A DNA stretch of 64,000 bases from Spirochaetales bacterium (GTDB lineage Bacteria; Spirochaetota; Spirochaetia; DSM-2461), in the NCBI GenBank assembly GCA_016936295.1, contig JAFGYD010000100.1, forward strand, positions 426 through 64,425, given 5' to 3'. The number at the start of each line of letters is the position of its first letter. Positions within the stretch are counted from its first letter, which is position 1. The notes beneath the pieces were generated by a model. That model was not told where the DNA came from, ran no database searches, and was given only the letters and a program-made list of their open reading frames with translations. The position numbers were made by a program, and so were the translations under genes. Positions 49,232 to 59,946 of the stretch are shown here, piece after piece.

Positions 49232-51452
49232 TATAACCCCTAATTGCTATCTGATAGGTAAAATATACAGCAGACAAAGCATCATCGTATGCAACTGATG
49301 AATCCTCATCAGTTAAAAAAATTCTATTGTTGGACTCTTTCTCTACAGCAATATATAAATTTGATATAGGCGTATCCACTTTTAAATTATCGGAAAATAA
49401 ACAAATTGTATTTAGGCAAAAATCCCAGATTTTATTCCAATTATTTGTACTAAACCATTGAATTAGGTTTTTATGGTTTGTATTGAAATGGTTTAAATCC
49501 CTGGTTTGTTCAAGAAAAAGTTTTAATCCTTCACCTTTTTTAAGGTTTTTAGAGCTATATACCCCGGATAATTGAGGTTTAAAATCAAAAAGATCTGCTA
49601 CTAAAGAGTAGTAGGTTTGTCTAAAGATTCCTGTTGAAAAACTTCTTGGGGTATTAAATATATTTTTGAAAATTGTACCTGTATGATCAATATTTTTTAA
49701 TGCAATTAAATAGTTTATCTTATCCCAGGCTGTTGTACACATTAAAGAGAGACTTTGAATCTTTTCTAAATGGCTAGTGTTGCCAATTCTTCCCAGGGAT
49801 TTAGCTGCATTTGATCGAATCCATGAATCCGGGCTATCTAAAAGTTCAATTAATAACTTTTCTACTCTTTTATCTCTGTATGCCCCTAAAGCAAAGATTG
49901 CTTTCATTTGGTGGTATGATCCGTAATCAGCAGCTTCTTTTATTAGGTCGTCAAGTAGTGCTTCCCTTGGGTGACTAAATAAAGATTTAATCACCTCTCC
50001 TTTTAAGGGGGAAAGTGGAGATGATATAATAGACCTCATCTCCTCTGTTGCTATATTCGCATCATTTTGACTAATAGATAGTATAACTGTTTTCTGTTTT
50101 ACAGGATCGTCAATTGTATTTAATTTTCCAATATCACTATAAGCTTTTAACCCCTCTAATGAGAAAAGTATTGCAGCAGTCTCCCGGGCAGATAAACTTC
50201 CCCGGTCTAAAATCCACATACTTAAAACTACTAAAATCAGGCTTAAAATTAGAGCTAGCAAGAAGAGAAAACTAAAGGTGTTTGGTATAGGAATGAGTGA
50301 ATTTTGTCCTAGATCGATAAGTAATCCACCGCCAATCCCACTTAATAGGGAGAAGAACGCAGTAACAAAATTGACCATTGAGTTGTAACCAAAAGAGTCT
50401 GATTCCGGCATTGAATTAACCACAACCCTGTCTACTAAAACGTTTGTGGATAGAAGGAAAAAGTTTGAAAAAAAACCTAGTATAAAGAACATAAAAATTG
50501 GGAGAGATTTTACTATGGATAATGGAATAATCATCCATATAGCAAAAAATATTGTTAGTAAAATATTAATTCCAATAAGCAGGGGTCTACTACCTACTCT
50601 GTCTGCAAAGGTTTTTGCAAAAAGTCCCGACAGTATATTAGCAAAGGCTAAAATCATTGTATATAAAAAAACAATATTTGCACTAAACCCAGCCTCTTTT
50701 CTTAAAAAAACAATTGTTAAGCCGTTAATTACCATTATAGCAACAGATATCCACCTAATTAGTAGGGGATAACGTCTGTTTTTTATTTTAATCGACTCTT
50801 TTAATATTACAAAAATATTCCTGCTTTTTTTATACTCAACACTCTCTCTACACGGTATTTTTCTCAATTGAACTACCGCAGCTGTATTAAAAATTACACC
50901 AAAAATTTGGAGTAAAAGTATTCCTGTTATACCGGAAAAGAGCTTAAAAGATGTTATAATAAAACTTATAAGTTTTGAGACAACAGAAGCTGATTGATTT
51001 GCAATATTCCCCTGAGCTAAAACGGTTCCCCTGTTTTGTGAATTGGTAACCATTTTTATTAAAGGATTCCATATAACCACTCCAACCATTCTTGCAGTGC
51101 AAAAAAGAGTATAGACAATTAATATCAGGGTTACAGCAGATCTTCCTTCTATAAAATAGAGGGCTAAATATGCTAAAACAAACATCCCTCTTAAAAACCA
51201 TGCAGTTGACTGAACTTTTATTAAGTTCCTTCCTGCTAATAGTTTGGGAAGGAAGACCAGAATAAAGCCAGAAAGAAATATTACAGAAGAGATGTAACCA
51301 AGTTCCATATTGGTTGCGCCAAAATTCATAGCCATTAAATATACAGGAGTCTCCCCCAGGAAGTTAAACCCCATACCGTTTAAGGCCTGGAATTTATAAA
51401 CTTTTTTCTGACTATACTGTTTTTCTTCTTCTGTTAAAAATTGTGTCAACAT
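49221..51452 (-). CDS. MFS transporter fused to a C-terminal HEAT-repeat region
   Basis: About 12 TMs in the first ~415 aa (ADRVGSRP motif), then AIFALGAY...LLIELLDSPDSWIRSNAAKSLGRIG. Confidence 0.82.
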   Translation of the reverse strand: MLTQFLTEEEKQYSQKKVYKFQALNGMGFNFLGETPVYLMAMNFGATNMELGYISSVIFLSGFILVFLPKLLAGRNLIKVQSTAWFLRGMFVLAYLALYFIEGRSAVTLILIVYTLFCTARMVGVVIWNPLIKMVTNSQNRGTVLAQGNIANQSASVVSKLISFIITSFKLFSGITGILLLQIFGVIFNTAAVVQLRKIPCRESVEYKKSRNIFVILKESIKIKNRRYPLLIRWISVAIMVINGLTIVFLRKEAGFSANIVFLYTMILAFANILSGLFAKTFADRVGSRPLLIGINILLTIFFAIWMIIPLSIVKSLPIFMFFILGFFSNFFLLSTNVLVDRVVVNSMPESDSFGYNSMVNFVTAFFSLLSGIGGGLLIDLGQNSLIPIPNTFSFLFLLALILSLILVVLSMWILDRGSLSARETAAILFSLEGLKAYSDIGKLNTIDDPVKQKTVILSISQNDANIATEEMRSIISSPLSPLKGEVIKSLFSHPREALLDDLIKEAADYGSYHQMKAIFALGAYRDKRVEKLLIELLDSPDSWIRSNAAKSLGRIGNTSHLEKIQSLSLMCTTAWDKINYLIALKNIDHTGTIFKNIFNTPRSFSTGIFRQTYYSLVADLFDFKPQLSGVYSSKNLKKGEGLKLFLEQTRDLNHFNTNHKNLIQWFSTNNWNKIWDFCLNTICLFSDNLKVDTPISNLYIAVEKESNNRIFLTDEDSSVAYDDALSAVYFTYQIAIRGYNEN

Positions 51453-51521
51453 AAGTTTATTTAATCATAATAAATTAGTGTTATCAATGCGATTGACTTA
51501 TAATCATATCAAGGAGGCAAT

Positions 51522-53957
51522 ATGAAAAAGCTGTTTTTTATATGTCTATTAATCTTATCTATTGGTTGTTCCACTTTTAAAGGGGAGATCCCTATTGAAT
51601 TAAAGGACAAAGGAGTCTTCTATATTTCTCCCAAAAATATAGATGGTGTTTTTGACGAGTTTATTACTCCTGTTAGAGTTCCTCCTGTTAAAGGGCTCAA
51701 AATTAAGGGATATAAAATTACATTGGTTTCTTCTTTTGGCATGGAGATTTTTACAAAAAGTGGAGGAAAAGGGATTTCTGAGAAAGTAAGTTTTTTTAGT
51801 GGAATATCAAAAGTTTCATTACCTGTTAATTTAAAATGGGATGGGAAGAATTCTATGGGTGAATTTGTCCCAGATGGTCTATACTTGCTCAATGTAGAAG
51901 TTTGGGATTCCAAGGGTAATACAGGTAGGATAGAACCCTTTAAAATAGTTGTAGATAATACATATCCAAAGTCTGAAATTACCATTCCTTATAACTCATT
52001 CTCACCTAATACAGAAAATGGATTAAAATTTATTACAATATATCAGGATTCATCTTCAGAGGAAAAATGGACTGGTAAATTATTAGATGCTAATGGGAAT
52101 ATTGTTTCGGAATACGAATGGCCAGGGATTGTGTCTAATTTGGAATTAGATGGTTTGGATAATAGTGGGAAAATACTGCCTGATGGACTATATAAATACA
52201 CTCTTGAAGCTACAGACCTTGCAGGAAATTCTTTTATAACATCAATAGATAATATCGAGATAGACAGAAGTGAACCTGAGCTATATTTTAATTCCCCGGA
52301 ATTATTTATATCTCCAAATGGAGATGGGGTTAAAGATAGTGTCAGTCTGACACTCGATTCAACTAATGGTGTTAAGCTTCAATCTGGATTTATAGATATA
52401 GTAAACAGCAAAGGTGAAGTAGTTAAAAAAATTACTCCTATCAATTTTACATTGCCTTTAAGTTTTAACTTCGACGGTTTAGTTATGAATAATATACCAC
52501 TACCTGAAGATACATATTATGCTAATTTTAAAGGTCGTTTTACAAACGGAAATGTTGCAGAAGCAATATCTAAAAAAATACACATAGATTTATCCAAGCC
52601 GGAAACTGTTTTATCGGCTAATTACCTGATATTTTCTCCAGAAGGTGATGGGTTACAAGATACCATACTAATAAATCAGTCTACATCGCCTGAAAATATT
52701 TGGATTGGAGAGATTGTAGATTCAAATAATAGATCTATTATTCAAAAAGAATGGACAGAACGAGCTATTTCCTTTGAATGGGATGGAAGAGATATAAACA
52801 ACGTGGACGTACCCGATGGTAGTTATAGATATATTCTATCGTGTGAAGATCTGGCAGGGAACAGTAATAAGTTCTCTCTAGGGCCCTTTGTAATAGATAG
52901 AACTGATACTAAAGCATACATAAGTGTTAGCAAAAACTCTTTTAGTCCTAATAACGATGGAATTGATGATTACATAGATTTTAAACCTTCAGTTTCTGTT
53001 TTAAATGGAATTAAAGATTGGGTTCTTAATATTAGGGACTCTAGTGACAATGTAATACATTCATTTAGTGGGCTGACTACAATTCCAGAGAAATTGAGTT
53101 GGTTTGGAGAGAATATTGATACTGAAAAACTTGATGGAAAATATATTGCGGAACTACAAGTTTCATATCTGAAAGGGAATATTGCAAAAGCCGCTATTAA
53201 TACAAGTTTTACAATAGATTTAGAGGCCCCTAATGTTGAAATTGCAATATCTCCAAATCAATTTTCACCAGATAGTGATGGTGTAGACGACATTCTTTCA
53301 ATTAAAGTAAAGGCATCTGATGGGCATAATAAATTTTCAATAGCAGGAGAGATTCAAGATCCTTATGGCAGAAAATTTAGAACATTAAAAATTGATGATT
53401 TTACAAATAACGAGTTTTTATGGGATGGGAAAGCCGATGATGGAGAACTTGTTCAATCCGCAACTGATTATTCATTAATTATTACAGCTATTGATTCCGT
53501 AGGTAATATTTCAAAAACAGAAAAGGATATTCCAGTGGATATATTAGTAATTAAGGATGGCGATAAGCTAAGGATTGTTATTTCCAGTATCTATTTTAAG
53601 CCATATACCGCCGATTTTGTTAATGTTGAACCCGATATTTTAGCAAAAAACTTACAAACTCTGGATAGATTAAGTGAGATTCTTAAAAAGTACAGTGCAT
53701 ATAATATAAATCTTGAGGGTAATGCGGTACGTATATATTGGGAAGATAAAAAGAAATGGCTAAACGAAGAAAAGGAAATACTTCTAGCATTATCCGAGCA
53801 GAGAGCCCAAGTTATACGTGATTCTTTAATTGCAAAAGGAGTGAAAGCAAGTAGAATGACTACCCAGGGGTTAGGTGGATATAATCCTGTTGTTCCTCAT
53901 AGTGATCTTGATAACAGATGGAAAAATCGTAGGGTAGAATTTGTATTAATTAAATAG
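51522..53957 (+). CDS. Lipoprotein with multiple FlgD-Ig-like repeats and a C-terminal OmpA peptidoglycan-binding domain
   Basis: IGC lipobox, repeated FSPxGDGxxD / WDG / PDGxY / DLAGN, and C-terminal LSEQRA...KNRRVEF. Confidence 0.85.
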   Translation: MKKLFFICLLILSIGCSTFKGEIPIELKDKGVFYISPKNIDGVFDEFITPVRVPPVKGLKIKGYKITLVSSFGMEIFTKSGGKGISEKVSFFSGISKVSLPVNLKWDGKNSMGEFVPDGLYLLNVEVWDSKGNTGRIEPFKIVVDNTYPKSEITIPYNSFSPNTENGLKFITIYQDSSSEEKWTGKLLDANGNIVSEYEWPGIVSNLELDGLDNSGKILPDGLYKYTLEATDLAGNSFITSIDNIEIDRSEPELYFNSPELFISPNGDGVKDSVSLTLDSTNGVKLQSGFIDIVNSKGEVVKKITPINFTLPLSFNFDGLVMNNIPLPEDTYYANFKGRFTNGNVAEAISKKIHIDLSKPETVLSANYLIFSPEGDGLQDTILINQSTSPENIWIGEIVDSNNRSIIQKEWTERAISFEWDGRDINNVDVPDGSYRYILSCEDLAGNSNKFSLGPFVIDRTDTKAYISVSKNSFSPNNDGIDDYIDFKPSVSVLNGIKDWVLNIRDSSDNVIHSFSGLTTIPEKLSWFGENIDTEKLDGKYIAELQVSYLKGNIAKAAINTSFTIDLEAPNVEIAISPNQFSPDSDGVDDILSIKVKASDGHNKFSIAGEIQDPYGRKFRTLKIDDFTNNEFLWDGKADDGELVQSATDYSLIITAIDSVGNISKTEKDIPVDILVIKDGDKLRIVISSIYFKPYTADFVNVEPDILAKNLQTLDRLSEILKKYSAYNINLEGNAVRIYWEDKKKWLNEEKEILLALSEQRAQVIRDSLIAKGVKASRMTTQGLGGYNPVVPHSDLDNRWKNRRVEFVLIK

Positions 53958-53960
53958 ACT

Positions 53961-53988
53961 TAAAGAGTCTGATTTCTCAGACTCTTTA
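53961..53988. terminator. Bidirectional terminator
   Basis: TAAAGAGTCTGA-tttc-TCAGACTCTTTA. Confidence 0.8.
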
Positions 53989-53989
53989 T

Positions 53990-54907
53990 TTAAGGTAAAA
54001 TATTTCCAGCTGCTCTGTAAATTTCATACCACTCTTCTCTAGTTAATTTGAAATCTGTGGCTTTAGACATATCTTTAACCCGTTTAGGATTTGTTGTTCC
54101 AATAATTGTCTGGATATTTGCAGGGTGTCTTAGTATCCATGCGATTGCTATTGCAGAATTTGTAACACCGTATTTATTAGCAATATTATCAATTACTCTA
54201 TTTAATTCCGGGAATTTGTCATTATTTAGAAACACACCTTCAAAAAACCCATATTGGAATGGAGACCATGCCTGAACAGTTATGTTATTTAACTGACAGT
54301 AATTAAGAATACTACCATCGTGATCAAAGGAGTTGTCAACTTTCATGTTTACATTTAGTCCAGAATCTATCATCCCAGTTCTCATTATGCTTAGTTGTAA
54401 CTGGTTAAAAACTATTGGTTGTTTTACGGCTGTTTTTAACAACTCTATTTGCATTGGATTTTGGTTGCTAACTCCAAAATTTAAAACTTTGCCCTCTTTT
54501 TCCAGCTTATTAAAAGCCTCAGCAACTTCTTCTGGTTCCATTAAGGCATCAGGTCTGTGTAGAAGGAAATAATCTAAATAATGGGTATTAAGCCTTTTTA
54601 GAATTTCGTCTACTGAGTTAACTATATGTTCTTTGGAAAAATCGAAAAATCCATTTCTAATTCCAGCTTTAGATTGAATTATTAAATCATCTCTTTTAAT
54701 ACCTAAAGATGAAATTGCTTTGGAAAAAACAATCTCAGAGTTCCCTCCTCCATAGATATCAGCATGATCAAAAAAGTTTATCCCAAGATCCAGTGAAGTT
54801 TTTATTAATTCTTGGGCTGCATTATTATCCATATCTGAAATTCTCATACATCCCAATGCTATTTTAGGTATATTTTGCTTTATCTGTTTTTGAAAAATTG
54901 TATCCAT
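53990..54907 (-). CDS. Aldo/keto reductase
   Basis: LGCMR, FDHADIYGGG, LLHRPD, GVSN and AWILRHP. Confidence 0.93.
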   Translation of the reverse strand: MDTIFQKQIKQNIPKIALGCMRISDMDNNAAQELIKTSLDLGINFFDHADIYGGGNSEIVFSKAISSLGIKRDDLIIQSKAGIRNGFFDFSKEHIVNSVDEILKRLNTHYLDYFLLHRPDALMEPEEVAEAFNKLEKEGKVLNFGVSNQNPMQIELLKTAVKQPIVFNQLQLSIMRTGMIDSGLNVNMKVDNSFDHDGSILNYCQLNNITVQAWSPFQYGFFEGVFLNNDKFPELNRVIDNIANKYGVTNSAIAIAWILRHPANIQTIIGTTNPKRVKDMSKATDFKLTREEWYEIYRAAGNILP

Positions 54908-55020
54908 TATCTCTCCTTGCTCTCAATTATACATTAATTTTCATTTAATAGAAATATTTTATCTTGATTATTTCCTACTGTGTAGGTATGCTAAGTATGA
55001 ATTGAGTTGCGGAGGTTAAA

Positions 55021-56346
55021 ATGAGCACTTTAAGTTTTTTATGGTTAATTATATTTGTTGTCCTTTTAATTGGGTTAGGGTTATTAAAAACTCTTTTTAA
55101 ACTTTCTTTTTCAATAAGGGTTTTTGTTGCAATGGTTCTAGGGATTGCTCTTGGATTAGGAATTTATTTTACTCTGGGTGCATCTGAGTCTGGAGAGATT
55201 AGGCAGTGGTTCTCCCTAGTTGGTTATGGATATGTCGATCTATTAAAAATGATTATTATACCTTTAGTCCCTACAAGTTTTGTTGCAGGGCTGTTAAAAC
55301 TAAGTAATACACATGACCTTAAAAGTTTAGGGATTAGAACAATTTCTATTTTTTTAATAACAGCGATTTTTGCAAGTGTTATTGGTCTGGTTGTTGGTAA
55401 AGTTTTTGGTGTAGGGCAAGGTTTTATGGTTGGAGAACTACCTGCTAAAGATCCAAATACACTAATAGATATATTTGCAAAATTTAGAAGTTTTATACCT
55501 TCAAATCCTGTGAAGTCTGCGGTAGAAATGAATATTATTCCTTTAGTTGTTTTTTCTGTTTTATTAGGTGTTGCAGCAGTTATTGAATCGGGTAAAGATA
55601 AAAATAAGGTAGAGCCTTTTAAGGTTTTTATAGAATCTTTTCTTTCTATTGTTACCGGGTTAACTAAAATTGTAATAAAATTAACTCCTTACGGTGTTTT
55701 GGGGTTAACTGCTTACTGGCTTTCAAATTCGGGTGTTGGTGCTATTAAAGGTTTAGCTCTGTTTGTAATTGCTGTAGTCGTAGCTTGTCTTATACAAATT
55801 CTGTTTGTGTATGGTGGTTTTTTAACTATTTTTGTAAAAGTTAGTCCTTTGAAATTCTTTAAAGCCGCATCTCCTGCTATGTTGTTAGCATTTACAAGCA
55901 GGTCTAGTTTAGGAACATTAACACTAACAATTTCTACAATGATAGAAAGACTTAAAGTTAAACCAAGGATTGCAAATTTTGTTGGTCCTATAGGTGCAGT
56001 TATGAATATGGATGCTTGTGGAGGTATCTTTCCTGCTCTGGTTTCAATATTTGCTGCCAATGCGTTTAATATAGAGTTGTCAATAATTCAGTATATTTTA
56101 ATAATTATTGTATCTGTTTTAGCAAGTTTGGGAAGTGCAGCAGTTCCAATGGGCGCAACTGCATTTACAATTGTAACCCTAACAACAGTAGGGCTTCCTG
56201 TAGAAGCAGTAGGTTTAGTTGCTGGTGTCGATTTTATAGTAGATATGTTTAGAACCGCAACTAATGTTACTGGAGATTTAATGACTTCGGTAGTAGTTGG
56301 TAACTCTCTAGGTGAATTTGATAGGGAAGAGTTTAACAAAGAATAA
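55021..56346 (+). CDS. Dicarboxylate/amino acid:cation symporter (TcyP-like)
   Basis: LLKMIIIPLV, AFTSRSSLGTL, MNMD and VDMFRTATNVTGD. Confidence 0.9.
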   Translation: MSTLSFLWLIIFVVLLIGLGLLKTLFKLSFSIRVFVAMVLGIALGLGIYFTLGASESGEIRQWFSLVGYGYVDLLKMIIIPLVPTSFVAGLLKLSNTHDLKSLGIRTISIFLITAIFASVIGLVVGKVFGVGQGFMVGELPAKDPNTLIDIFAKFRSFIPSNPVKSAVEMNIIPLVVFSVLLGVAAVIESGKDKNKVEPFKVFIESFLSIVTGLTKIVIKLTPYGVLGLTAYWLSNSGVGAIKGLALFVIAVVVACLIQILFVYGGFLTIFVKVSPLKFFKAASPAMLLAFTSRSSLGTLTLTISTMIERLKVKPRIANFVGPIGAVMNMDACGGIFPALVSIFAANAFNIELSIIQYILIIIVSVLASLGSAAVPMGATAFTIVTLTTVGLPVEAVGLVAGVDFIVDMFRTATNVTGDLMTSVVVGNSLGEFDREEFNKE

Positions 56347-56361
56347 ATTTTAAAAAATACA

Positions 56362-56384
56362 AATGGGGTAGTAAATGCCCCATT
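56362..56384. terminator. Hairpin between convergent genes
   Basis: AATGGGG...CCCCATT. Confidence 0.65.
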
Positions 56385-57393
56385 ATTTTATAGTGGAACG
56401 TTCAATAACATTTAATGGGAGATAGGTTTTTTGTAATGCAAAATCGGGGTTTTCAATATAATTTATTAGTAACTCAGCCGCAAGTTTTCCACTAACCTCT
56501 AAGGATTGATCGACAGTTGTAATATCCATATATTCAGATGTATCTGTACCGTCAAAGCCAATAATACCTAAATCTTTTGGGATTTCGAGGTCTCTATTTC
56601 TAGCTGCTTTTAGCATAGCCACTGCTAGTAAATCGGTTGTAGCGAAAACAACCTCAGGTAGTATTTCCCTGGATACAATTTCTTTTGCAACTTCAAGTGC
56701 TTGGTCAAAATTATTATTAGTAAAGAAAATTTCTGAATCATCTATCTTTTTGTTAAAGTCAAGTAACCTTTTTCTAAATCCATTGACCCTTAGTATATTG
56801 GGTGATTCACTTGTCTGAATATCCTGTTCTGTTAAAACAGAAAAAGTTTTAAAACCTTTGTCATGAAGATATTCTGCAACAAATTCACCCCCCTTTGTAT
56901 TATCAATAAATATACCTGGGAAGTCATGCTCTTCAAACTCGATAAATATAGTTTTTATTTTAAGTTCTTTAATAAGTCTTATGCTCTCTCTACTTAGCTT
57001 CTGGCTTATAACAATTATTCCATCTAGTCGGTTTGTTAAATTTATAGACCTTAAATAGTCATTAATATCTGTTTTATTGGCTACGGTTATTATGGTTAGC
57101 TCGTAGGGGGTAGCCTTTAACCCGTCGGTGATTCCTTTTAATCTATGCATAAAAGAGGGGTGTGTGAGAAATGGAGTGATTACTCCAATTCGGCCTATAT
57201 TTTTTTTAGCCCTCTCTCTAGCCTCTGCTTTAGGAACAAAACCCAACTCTTTCATAGCTTTATAGATTTTTTCTTTAGTATCAGCAGCTACTTTGTCAGG
57301 GTTGTTTAAAACCCTTGAGACAGTGGTTATAGAGGTTTCTGATTTTTTTGCTACATCATATATTGTTGATTTTCTCTCTGACATTTCTAACAA
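56383..57393 (-). CDS. LacI-family regulator
   Basis: TIYDVAKKSETSITTVSRVLN, IIGFDG and ITTVDQ. Confidence 0.93.
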   Translation of the reverse strand: MLEMSERKSTIYDVAKKSETSITTVSRVLNNPDKVAADTKEKIYKAMKELGFVPKAEARERAKKNIGRIGVITPFLTHPSFMHRLKGITDGLKATPYELTIITVANKTDINDYLRSINLTNRLDGIIVISQKLSRESIRLIKELKIKTIFIEFEEHDFPGIFIDNTKGGEFVAEYLHDKGFKTFSVLTEQDIQTSESPNILRVNGFRKRLLDFNKKIDDSEIFFTNNNFDQALEVAKEIVSREILPEVVFATTDLLAVAMLKAARNRDLEIPKDLGIIGFDGTDTSEYMDITTVDQSLEVSGKLAAELLINYIENPDFALQKTYLPLNVIERSTIK

Positions 57394-57410
57394 TTGATAT
57401 TATAGAGTAC

Positions 57411-57469
57411 TTGACAATCTTTCAAGAGAGAATTATCTTTTGAAACAAATTGCATGAAAGCACTTTCAT
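57411..57469 (+). promoter_or_regulatory. sigma70 promoter and LacI-type operator of the GH65 gene
   Basis: TTGACA-N17-TATCTT and ATGAAAGCACTTTCAT at 57454-57469. Confidence 0.7.
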
Positions 57470-57484
57470 AAAGATCGTAAAGGA

Positions 57485-59896
57485 GTGTTTATGACAAAAC
57501 AGTGGATAATAGAGAATAGATGTGAACTTTTTACTCTTGGTAATGGCTTTTTAGGTGTTAGGGGCGACCTAACCGATAAGGGTGCTTATATTAATGGTTT
57601 TTACGAAAAGGGCAAAATAACCTACGGAGAGAAAGCCTATGGTTTTGCAGAAAACTGGCAAACCATGATTACAAACCCTAATGGGAAAGAGTTAAATATA
57701 AAACTTAACAGTGAAACAATTCTTGATAGTAGAGGTAATTTTTTAGTAAGGGATAATATATTAAATTTAAAAGAGTCCTATGCCCTTTGGAAATTTAAAT
57801 GGGAGTCTCCAAATGGCGGGATTGTTGAAGGTAGTGTTAAAATTGTTGTTCCATTTGCTTATCAAGGAAGTGTTCTTTATTTGTGGGATTTAGAACTTCC
57901 GGAAAGTGGACAGACCATAGAAATTAATAGCCCATTATATTTAGCAATAGATGAAGATCATGACCATGACGATCCTAGAATTTCTGCACATTTTAAAAGT
58001 AGCTCATTAAATATATTTACATCTGAAGATAGGGTTTTAGTACACGGTTCTGGTAGTGATCTGGTTTCCGTTTCAGAAACTGATCATATTATTCATGGTA
58101 TTTCTGACTTAAAAAGAGAGAAAAGTGAAATAACAAATGGATTAAATCATAAAATAAGTGGTGTGGCATCTAATAGAGTCAAAATTACTAAAATTGTAAC
58201 TTATAATTACGGACATTTTTCGAACAGGGACAATGTTGAAAAACAGGTTACAAGTGAGCTGAAATCCATATTAAATAGTAATGTAAATGATGTTATTACA
58301 GACCAGATTTCATTTATGGATAAGTTTTGGAACAATAGTGATGTTGTAATTGAAGGAGATTCCGAGGCGCAGTTAAGTTTAAGATTTAATATATTTCAGC
58401 TACTTCAATCGGTTGGTCGGGATGGAAAAAGATCCATCGCTGCAAAAGGTTTAAGCGGTCCAGGGTATGAAGGTCACTATTTTTGGGATGCAGAAACCTA
58501 TGTTTTACCCTTTTTTATTTTAACAAATCCGGCCATAGCAAAAAGTATGTTAATGTATAGAATTTCCATAATTGAACAGGCTCAGGAGAGGGCTAAGGTT
58601 TTAGGGCATAGTGGAATATTGTTTCCATGGAGAACTATAAATGGTGAAGAGTCTTCTGCCTTTTTTCCGGCAGGAACTGCTCAATATCATATAAATGCAG
58701 ATATAGCAGTTGGTTTGGATAAATATCTCTCTGTAACAGGAGATCTCTCTATTCTTGACATGGGAGGAGACCGGTTATTGGAAGGAACAGCTGATTTTTG
58801 GTGCGATTTTGCTTCGGAAATTAAAGGGAAAGGACTCTGTTTTAATCTGGTTACCGGGCCAGATGAATATACAGCGCTTGTAAATAATAACTACTATACA
58901 AATTTAATGGCTAAAGAGAATATTTTGGCTGCAGTAAAATGGTTAGATGGTAAAATTTCCCCTAATAAAATACAAAAATGGGTAGGCTTTGCAAATAATA
59001 TATACATACCTGAAAATGTTGATATTATCCCTCAGGATGATAGTTTTATGACAAAAGAGCCATGGGATTTTGAAAATACAGCAGATGAAAAGTATCCACT
59101 ACTTCTAAATTTCCATCCATTAAATATTTACAGAAAACAAGTTTTAAAGCAGGCCGATGTTGTTATGGCCCATGCTCTATTTAAAAATAGTGTTTCTTTA
59201 GGTTTAATGCGAAGGGATTTTGACTTTTACGAGGTATTAACAACAAGAGACTCATCTTTAAGTGCATGTGCCCAGGGTGTTGTAGCTCACTGGTTGGGGT
59301 ATGAGGATTTAAGTTGGGAGTATTTTCTTGAAACTGTACATACCGATAGAATGGATATACATAAAAACGTAAGTCATGGTCTACATACAGCATCCATGGG
59401 TGGTTCATATTTAATGATTGTTTTAGGTTTTTTAGGAACAGAGTTTTATAAAAATACATTAAGATTTAGTCCAAAAATTCCTCAAGCTTTAAATAAAGTA
59501 GAGTGTTCCATTTATTTGAAGGGACATAAAGTAGATATTGAACTTACAAATGAGAATATTAAATATTCAATATTAAGTGGAGATGTTGAATTTTATCATT
59601 ATTCGTCTTTGATTAAATTAAAAGCAGGGGAGAGTATTTCCATGTCATCAAGGCCAGAGCTTAAATTGACTATTGAAGTAGGTTCGGAATTGGAAAATGA
59701 TATTTATTCTTTAATAAAGGAAAAAGAACTTGTTCCCGAAGAGGTACTACTCTTAACCAATTCAACAAATTTTGAAAAAATCAGCGGTTATGGGTATAAA
59801 ACACTTATTAATAATTGTGGGGAATTGGATGAAAAGTTTAATGTTTTATACAATAAGACCATCAGTTTTAATGGGAAAAGGCCTAAAACACGATAA
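57485..59896 (+). CDS. GH65 glycoside phosphorylase (maltose/trehalose/kojibiose type)
   Basis: LGNGFLGVRG, KGLSGPGYEGHYFWD, FPWRTI, GPDEY, KQAD and DSSLS. Confidence 0.93.
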   Translation: MFMTKQWIIENRCELFTLGNGFLGVRGDLTDKGAYINGFYEKGKITYGEKAYGFAENWQTMITNPNGKELNIKLNSETILDSRGNFLVRDNILNLKESYALWKFKWESPNGGIVEGSVKIVVPFAYQGSVLYLWDLELPESGQTIEINSPLYLAIDEDHDHDDPRISAHFKSSSLNIFTSEDRVLVHGSGSDLVSVSETDHIIHGISDLKREKSEITNGLNHKISGVASNRVKITKIVTYNYGHFSNRDNVEKQVTSELKSILNSNVNDVITDQISFMDKFWNNSDVVIEGDSEAQLSLRFNIFQLLQSVGRDGKRSIAAKGLSGPGYEGHYFWDAETYVLPFFILTNPAIAKSMLMYRISIIEQAQERAKVLGHSGILFPWRTINGEESSAFFPAGTAQYHINADIAVGLDKYLSVTGDLSILDMGGDRLLEGTADFWCDFASEIKGKGLCFNLVTGPDEYTALVNNNYYTNLMAKENILAAVKWLDGKISPNKIQKWVGFANNIYIPENVDIIPQDDSFMTKEPWDFENTADEKYPLLLNFHPLNIYRKQVLKQADVVMAHALFKNSVSLGLMRRDFDFYEVLTTRDSSLSACAQGVVAHWLGYEDLSWEYFLETVHTDRMDIHKNVSHGLHTASMGGSYLMIVLGFLGTEFYKNTLRFSPKIPQALNKVECSIYLKGHKVDIELTNENIKYSILSGDVEFYHYSSLIKLKAGESISMSSRPELKLTIEVGSELENDIYSLIKEKELVPEEVLLLTNSTNFEKISGYGYKTLINNCGELDEKFNVLYNKTISFNGKRPKTR

Positions 59897-59946
59897 TTTA
59901 GTACAAAGCATTTGACATAGGTCACATTCTTCAACACTATAGTGAT

